Source: a virus
Length of the DNA: 64,000 bases
Direction: 5' to 3' (one strand)
IMG/VR virus record: IMGVR_UViG_3300030118_007055
Coordinates: 20,210-84,209 of that record
Position numbers and translations under genes: made by a program. The stretch's first letter is position 1, and each line of letters starts with the position of its first letter. The notes beneath the pieces were generated by a model that searched no databases, was not told the origin of the DNA, and was given only the letters and a program-made list of their open reading frames with translations. This document shows positions 58,160 to 64,000 of this stretch, in pieces.

Positions 58160-59238
58160 TGAAGCTTTTACTAGAGCTACCATTAAATAGTTTAAGTTTT
58201 GGTAATGTTTCTATAAACATACTGCGAGAACTTCATAAAAAAAATATTGAAATAGGTCTGTTTCCAACTGGCGACATTAATGTCGATAGTTTTGAATTAA
58301 CGGACGATTTTAAAAAATATCTTGAAGATGCAGTAAACAATAGGTTTAGTTTTTTAGATCATGATATACCAAGCCTTAAACTATGGCACTTAAATGGTTC
58401 AGAAAATAAAAAGAATAAAAATCAGTTTTTATATACTTTTTATGAATGTAACCAGCCTACAAATGTTGAAGTAGCAATAGCTCGCAATCAAGAGAAGACT
58501 ATATTTAGTTCTCAATATGCCAAGAATCATTTTGATTCTAATGGTTTAAATAATTGTGAAGCTATTCCACTAGGTTTAGATTCTTCATTCAAGCCTACTG
58601 GCAAAACATACATGCAAGACCGCATTCATTTTGGGTTAATGGGGAAGTATGAAAGTAGAAAGCATACTCAAAAAATTATTAGAAGTTGGCTAAAAAAATA
58701 TGGCAATAATAATAAATATTTGTTAACATGCTGTATTACAAATCCCTTTTTCAAACCTGAACAAATGCAAGGTTTAATTAACCAAACATTAAATGGTGAG
58801 CATTATAACAATATAAATTTTTTACCTCATTTAGCTACAAATAAAGAAGTTAATGAGTATTTAAATTCAATTAATATTGATTTAGGCGGCTTGTCTGGTG
58901 GAGAAGGTTGGAATCTACCGTCATTTAACGCTACGTGTTTAGGTAAATGGAGCGTCGTATTAAACGCCACTTCTCATAAAGATTGGGCTAATGAAAATAA
59001 TTCTATTTTGGTTGAGCCGTCAGGTCAAATGCCAGTTTACGATGGAGTTTTCTTCAATCCTAATCAGCCATTTAATCAGGGAACTTTTTATACTTGGACA
59101 GAGGATGAGGCTATCTCTGCTATGGAATTAGCTGAATCTAAAGTGGGTCAAGTTAACACAGAGGGTGTCAAAATGGGTGACAAAATGTCATACGAAAAAA
59201 CTGTAGACTCTATTTTATCCCTTATTTTTAAGGGTTAA
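58159..59238 (+). CDS. GT4-like glycosyltransferase
   Basis: IPLGLD, GKYE.RK and SGGEGWNLP.F.A..LGK. Confidence 0.8.
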   Translation: MKLLLELPLNSLSFGNVSINILRELHKKNIEIGLFPTGDINVDSFELTDDFKKYLEDAVNNRFSFLDHDIPSLKLWHLNGSENKKNKNQFLYTFYECNQPTNVEVAIARNQEKTIFSSQYAKNHFDSNGLNNCEAIPLGLDSSFKPTGKTYMQDRIHFGLMGKYESRKHTQKIIRSWLKKYGNNNKYLLTCCITNPFFKPEQMQGLINQTLNGEHYNNINFLPHLATNKEVNEYLNSINIDLGGLSGGEGWNLPSFNATCLGKWSVVLNATSHKDWANENNSILVEPSGQMPVYDGVFFNPNQPFNQGTFYTWTEDEAISAMELAESKVGQVNTEGVKMGDKMSYEKTVDSILSLIFKG

Positions 59239-59274
59239 TTAGTTGGCATATTTAATGTTAATATATAATGCATT

Positions 59275-59580
59275 ATGAACACACTATTTAATTTATTAAA
59301 CGAACAACTACAATATCCTGTCCAACCGACAGATAACAAAGACGCTTATGAACTTGAACTTTCATTTGCTGGTTTTTCTAAGAGCCAAATAAAAATAAGC
59401 GCCACGGACAGCCTATTAACTGTGGAAGCTAAAAATAAAAAAGATTCTAAGAAAAGAACTGTCAGACTTGCTAATCAAGTTGCTATAGATCATATAGTAG
59501 CCGAATACACGCATGGATTACTAAAATTAACATTACCGAAAAAAGGTGTAAATGAAGGTAAAGAAATAAAAATTACTTAA
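59275..59580 (+). CDS. small heat-shock protein (Hsp20)
   Basis: Y.LELSFAGFSKSQI.I...L.V and A.Y.HGLL.LTLPK. Confidence 0.9.
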   Translation: MNTLFNLLNEQLQYPVQPTDNKDAYELELSFAGFSKSQIKISATDSLLTVEAKNKKDSKKRTVRLANQVAIDHIVAEYTHGLLKLTLPKKGVNEGKEIKIT

Positions 59581-59966
59581 TGCCTATTTACGTTTATAAA
59601 CATCCTGATAAAGAAGAATATGTTGAAGTCCTTCAAGGTATGAATGATGAACATGTATATGAACAAGATGGTTTAGCATGGGAGCGAGTTTTTCTCGCTC
59701 CTAATGCATCCATTGATTCTGATGCTGATCCATTTAATAGTAGACAGTTTATAGATGCAACTGCCGCAAAAAAAGGAACGTTAGGCAATATGATGGATTA
59801 CTCTAAAGAGCTTAGCGAAAAAAGAGCACAAAAAAATGGAGGCGTTGATCCTGTAAAAGAAAAATATTATAAAAATTATTCAAAAGCTCGTAATGGAGCT
59901 AAACACATAAATCAAATAAAAGAAAAAGGCTACGAGAGCAAAAACGTAAAAATTGAGTATGATTAA
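59580..59966 (+). CDS. FmdB-like protein (degenerate zinc-ribbon N-terminus)
   Basis: MPIYVY.H.....E..Q.M...W.RVF..P resembles the FmdB family but lacks the Cys residues. Confidence 0.55.
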   Translation: MPIYVYKHPDKEEYVEVLQGMNDEHVYEQDGLAWERVFLAPNASIDSDADPFNSRQFIDATAAKKGTLGNMMDYSKELSEKRAQKNGGVDPVKEKYYKNYSKARNGAKHINQIKEKGYESKNVKIEYD

Positions 59967-61561
59967 TAATCTGTACCACTCAAGGTAAGTCCAACAGTTT
60001 CATTTACAGGAAATGTAAATGAAGAATCAAAAGACATTATTCCATTAATTGGTATTGAAGAATTATACGATTCTAGTCTAGCTTCTGAAATTGAATATTT
60101 TATTGATTTAGGGTCTCTATCACCATCGTTTTTAAGGTATTCAGTAGCCTTACTATTTTGTTCAAACTGCACCCCAAATACAAAAACCTCATCAGCTGGG
60201 TCTGAAGGATCTGTCATATCGAACCTTACAGCTATACTGCCAGATCCAGTTGGAGTTGCAGTAATCTCAAACCTTTGAAATTCATCTGTGAGAGTAAAAA
60301 GCCCAACACTTGTTGGACCTGTTGCAGTTCCAACACCAAACCAAATTTGTAATCTAAATGATTTACCAATAGTGCTACCTTTACCTTTAGCAAACGCTGA
60401 TAAAGTATAGGGTTTACCTGCCTCGACAAACAAGTGTTTTACATCGCTAGGATTACTACTAAATATAAGTGCATAAGCATCAGTGGTATTAGCTCTGAAT
60501 AAAGTCGCATTATTTCCACCTCTAGGATCAGGATTATCTTCACTTACTACTGACATAGGACCAGAGGAGTCTTGCAATGACCATTGACTGCTAAACCTTT
60601 GTGAGAACGCAACCATGTTACGATTTTCAGTAGCTAAAACTAAATCAAAACTATAAGTTTCTTCATTGGGAAGCACACCAGTAATGTTGCCATTTTCATA
60701 ACCTGACACTAATGATGAAATAGAAAATGATCCGTTAGCTGGCATTTCAGCTTTCCTATCATAAGAAAAATCACTACCAAAGCCATAATTAGAAACTCTT
60801 TGTAATCCAACTGACATGTCTAGGGATTGGACTAAATGACTCCCTGATATTTTTTGACCACCAACCTGCAAATTTTCAAACGATATTGAACTTCCTGTAT
60901 CATTTGGAACAAGAACCATTGCTGGATCTTTAATTCCGCTAGCAAAAGAAAATTCTACTTGTCCAATATTACTATTATTTCCACTAATTAAGTTTATGGC
61001 TGGTGATTGCATGTCTGAACCAGTCAAATTCTCAAACTTAGCATTTGAGCCTATATAAGTTGTTGTAACAATAGGTAACGAGTCAATAGAATAACTTAAT
61101 CCATAAGATGTTAAATAACAATTTCCAAAAGATGCCGCTTCAAAACCAGTCAAATCAATCGCTGATCCATCAATCGTTATTGAACTTAAAGCGTCCTCGC
61201 CTTGAGTTGGATTTGTTATAAATAAAAAATTACGATTGTAAGGCAGAACACCAGATAAAGCCTGAATAGGTTTAGTATAGTCATCTGGTATTTTTAAAAA
61301 ATTAGTATTTATCTCATTCTGTAATTTACTTTCTGGCAAGTAAGATAGCGTTAACTCCACATCTGGCTGAGTAAAAGTGTTATCTATTGCATATTGCTGT
61401 GAACCAATCTGCTTTGATTTTTCATGAGGCAGGGCAAAAGAAAAAGCAAGATTTTGGGTATTATTAATTAAATTTAAATTAATATTAAAAGTGCTAAATG
61501 ATCCAGTATGGTTACTTGCAGCGACTATCGCGTTTTGACTTTTTATAATATTTTTAGCCAT
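59963..61561 (-). CDS. tail tube-like structural protein with an inserted carbohydrate-binding-like domain
   Basis: Beta-rich duplicated tube-like pattern (Q...FSF...QIGS...PDVELTLSY; VQS.DMS..L.R...G.G); insert ending FGVQFEQ..KATEY; in the tail module. Confidence 0.55.
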   Translation of the reverse strand: MAKNIIKSQNAIVAASNHTGSFSTFNINLNLINNTQNLAFSFALPHEKSKQIGSQQYAIDNTFTQPDVELTLSYLPESKLQNEINTNFLKIPDDYTKPIQALSGVLPYNRNFLFITNPTQGEDALSSITIDGSAIDLTGFEAASFGNCYLTSYGLSYSIDSLPIVTTTYIGSNAKFENLTGSDMQSPAINLISGNNSNIGQVEFSFASGIKDPAMVLVPNDTGSSISFENLQVGGQKISGSHLVQSLDMSVGLQRVSNYGFGSDFSYDRKAEMPANGSFSISSLVSGYENGNITGVLPNEETYSFDLVLATENRNMVAFSQRFSSQWSLQDSSGPMSVVSEDNPDPRGGNNATLFRANTTDAYALIFSSNPSDVKHLFVEAGKPYTLSAFAKGKGSTIGKSFRLQIWFGVGTATGPTSVGLFTLTDEFQRFEITATPTGSGSIAVRFDMTDPSDPADEVFVFGVQFEQNSKATEYLKNDGDRDPKSIKYSISEARLESYNSSIPINGIMSFDSSFTFPVNETVGLTLSGTDY

Positions 61562-61562
61562 T

Positions 61563-62546
61563 TTATGATCCTGTTGGAATTACACCCAATGGGTCTTCTA
61601 CAAAGTTAACAGTTAAATTATTAGTATCACTATAAATCCAAGTGTGAGTCCAAGATGGAGAATAGTAAACTTTTGGCCTGTTATAAACAGAGGGTATTTG
61701 ATGCTCGAACCTTCTATATCCAGCTTTGTTTTCTAAAAAGTGCAACATAGATTTTAATTGACGGTCAGTTATATTAGTAAAATTATAACTTAAATCAAAT
61801 TTAGCTATGTTTTTTGTATTTTTTGGCCCACCTAATCTTTGAGTAAATGAATTTTTAAACTTAATTATGTCTGATTTAATACCCACATTAAAATCTTGAT
61901 TTTGATCAGGCTCGAAGAAAAACTTTTGAGTCCATTTTGTAGACTCGCCAGTAGGACTATTAGAATGAGATGCAGTATGATCGCCGCTACAATAATAAAA
62001 ATTATTTAAATTATTAGTGCTAACCCCAGAAAAAACAACATCATACTTTTTGTATGAAGTAGAAGGAACCCAATTCCGAAAAGACAAATTAGTAAAATTA
62101 TTGCCTGACCAGTTAAATAAATTAGGAGCTGTATCTACGTCAACCTTGGCTGAAACACTAAAGTTTTGATTATTAGATGGGGTGACTTTATATGAATTAC
62201 AAAAGCCGCTTACATTTTTATAGATTCCAGAATTATCTGGATTAAATCTCATGGCAAGAAATCCAGATTTACTTTCAAAAAAGTTAGCTAAAGATCTAGC
62301 ATTAGTTTCATTAACTTGATAGTTAACATTGAAACTAGCTGTTAAACTGTTTAGCGATAATGGAACTGATTCATAGTAAAAATTATCAGTTATGTAAGTA
62401 TTTGCTTTTGCAGAAAAGTTAGCAGTTGAACCATAAACAGGTGTCAAAGATAAACCTGTTAAATCTTCAGGAGCTGTTACGCCAGAAATATTTCTATCTC
62501 TATTGTAAAGTAAATTTTCTTGATCTAATCCTGTTAAAGTGCTCAT
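61563..62546 (-). CDS. gpM/distal-tail-like minor tail protein with a CBM5/12-like insert
   Basis: Duplicated pattern (L.NFFESKSGF and LHFLENKAGY..F); W.PSTSYKKYDVV module; downstream of the tape measure. Confidence 0.6.
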   Translation of the reverse strand: MSTLTGLDQENLLYNRDRNISGVTAPEDLTGLSLTPVYGSTANFSAKANTYITDNFYYESVPLSLNSLTASFNVNYQVNETNARSLANFFESKSGFLAMRFNPDNSGIYKNVSGFCNSYKVTPSNNQNFSVSAKVDVDTAPNLFNWSGNNFTNLSFRNWVPSTSYKKYDVVFSGVSTNNLNNFYYCSGDHTASHSNSPTGESTKWTQKFFFEPDQNQDFNVGIKSDIIKFKNSFTQRLGGPKNTKNIAKFDLSYNFTNITDRQLKSMLHFLENKAGYRRFEHQIPSVYNRPKVYYSPSWTHTWIYSDTNNLTVNFVEDPLGVIPTGS

Positions 62547-63358
62547 GACGTATGCCCCATATAATTAAGAGTTAATCTCAAACTTCCATCTGAAGATGCA
62601 CTTAAAGTTTCACTTGTTAAACAAGCATTAGGAACGGAGGCATCAACAAGGGCTGGTCCACCATTTCTACCCTCAATTCTAAAATTAACACTTCTACTAC
62701 TTTTTCCTGTTTCTAAAAAATTTCTACCACTTTCTAAAAAAGCATCATCAACCTCTATCTGAACCGAAGCATTAATATTTACAGGCGGTATAAATTTAAC
62801 TTCTACTGGAGCTTTTTGACCAATAGAATAATAAGGTTTTCTATTGCAAGTTATTGCATAATCAAATCCTATAACACGGTTAGTCGTACTATTATCGCAA
62901 GTGGCTGTGATACTACCTTGACTTGGGATTGTTATACTGGGTGCAGCATCACTTCCTGATGCGCTTGCCCCAGTTCTCATTTCATCATAAACAATAAAAG
63001 TTGCTTGTTCTTTTACAGGTGCTCCGACAGCGCAGTTTATAGACCAATTACTTAGGTAACCACTTTGAAAGCCGTAGGATTGATCCTCATAATGAATACT
63101 ACCAGATAAATTGTTTGATCCAGTAAATGGATCACTACCACCAACTCCTGAAACACCGATTGATTTGTAAACTAAATCTCTAGTAAAAGAAAAAGATTGT
63201 TGTATTTCGCCATTTACAGTTGTTAATCCATTTTTAAAACCAAGAGGATTTATCGTTTGAGCCGAAGTGTTATAAGCAAAATCAACACTTTTTATGCCAG
63301 ATACTTCTTCACCCTCTAAAAATAATCTAGAGTCATAATTTAATTTAGTGCCAAACAT
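62543..63358 (-). CDS. tail tube/baseplate-like structural protein
   Basis: Beta-rich and S/G/T-rich; lies between the tape measure and the gpM-like gene. Confidence 0.5.
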   Translation of the reverse strand: MFGTKLNYDSRLFLEGEEVSGIKSVDFAYNTSAQTINPLGFKNGLTTVNGEIQQSFSFTRDLVYKSIGVSGVGGSDPFTGSNNLSGSIHYEDQSYGFQSGYLSNWSINCAVGAPVKEQATFIVYDEMRTGASASGSDAAPSITIPSQGSITATCDNSTTNRVIGFDYAITCNRKPYYSIGQKAPVEVKFIPPVNINASVQIEVDDAFLESGRNFLETGKSSRSVNFRIEGRNGGPALVDASVPNACLTSETLSASSDGSLRLTLNYMGHTS

Positions 63359-63999
63359 TAATCTGCAAGCATGCCTCCTAATCTTTTCTCAGTTGATATG
63401 ACATCTTTGACTGCATCTTTAATTTTTGTTGCTAATGTCTTATCTTCTTCCTCAGCATTTGTTGTATCCTCTTGATCAGCGGATCTATCTGAATTGACTA
63501 CTATGCTTATGTTAGTGTCGCCTTTCGTTATGGACATATTAGAGCCTCCTCCTATTGATGCGCCAGAATTCAAAGCTTGTAAATTAGCAGCTCCTATCCT
63601 AGCTGTGGAAGCAGCGTTCATAACAAACTCACCGCCAGATAACATTGCTGGAACTGTATCAACACCAGCAGCGTAGCCAACTCCACCTCCTCCAGCCATG
63701 TATGGAATCATTCCACCCATAGGATTTTTAAATGGCCCTACGTTACCGCCAGATAAATTTGGTGGCCCTATGAAATCAGCGGGTGAACCGTAACCTTTCC
63801 TACCTCCAAACAATCCACCTCCCCCAAACATTAACCCAGACACAACAGCCAATCCAAGAGATCTTAATAATCCACCACTTGAACTACTTCGAGCAGCGGC
63901 TTGTTCTCTTTTTTGTCTATCTGATTGTAACTTTTGAACAAATAATCCAAAAGCTTCAGACTTGGCTTGTTGAGTTCTCCTGAATGCTGGACTCATAGA
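63358..63999 (-). CDS. tape measure protein, C-terminal part (truncated by the window edge)
   Basis: MAGGG.V...DTVPAMLSGGEFVMNA....IG..NL.ALN and terminal VI..EKRLGGML; the frame is open to the window end. Confidence 0.85.
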   Translation of the reverse strand, partial: SMSPAFRRTQQAKSEAFGLFVQKLQSDRQKREQAAARSSSSGGLLRSLGLAVVSGLMFGGGGLFGGRKGYGSPADFIGPPNLSGGNVGPFKNPMGGMIPYMAGGGGVGYAAGVDTVPAMLSGGEFVMNAASTARIGAANLQALNSGASIGGGSNMSITKGDTNISIVVNSDRSADQEDTTNAEEEDKTLATKIKDAVKDVISTEKRLGGMLAD

Positions 64000-64000
64000 T

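Noticed and set aside
1-64000. Stop-codon reassignment, or a cellular (bacterial) origin for the window
   Set aside because: Long conserved ORFs tile both strands under the standard code. Tail, tape-measure and lysis genes are interleaved with divergent replication genes, and there are no ribosomal or cell-envelope housekeeping operons.

Overview
This is an AT-rich, gene-dense segment of a large tailed dsDNA phage (Caudoviricetes; lambda-type non-contractile tail tip), read with the standard genetic code. I saw no rRNA, tRNA, CRISPR array or IS element. From left to right it carries: (1) ppa, a SET-domain protein and a lysis cassette (CHAP endolysin, holin-like genes, an overlapping spanin-like pair); (2) gpL/K/I/J-like tail-tip genes and a 2259-aa fibre on the + strand; (3) a 37-kb minus-strand block with glycosyltransferases, ClpA/C, a DNA Pol III alpha split into PHP, exonuclease and core genes, a nuclease, primase, DnaB, RecA, a 14.4-kb nucleotide-sugar/glycosyltransferase cluster and a class Ia RNR; (4) a sigma factor, SSB, a GT and Hsp20; (5) tail tube-like, gpM-like and tape-measure genes. 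The best candidate for a new system is autonomous virion glycosylation: about 10 glycosyltransferases, including a GT29 sialyltransferase-like enzyme and a split GT9, plus rare-sugar pathways, alongside a strong [S/T]-G dipeptide enrichment seen in virion proteins but not in the replication and chaperone proteins checked. Other signals are a recurring GTGTAA motif just upstream of many start codons (candidate phage promoter), a likely -1 frameshift at A_AAA_AAG, and a palindrome-rich divergent intergenic region. All family calls come from motif recognition by eye; no database searches were run.
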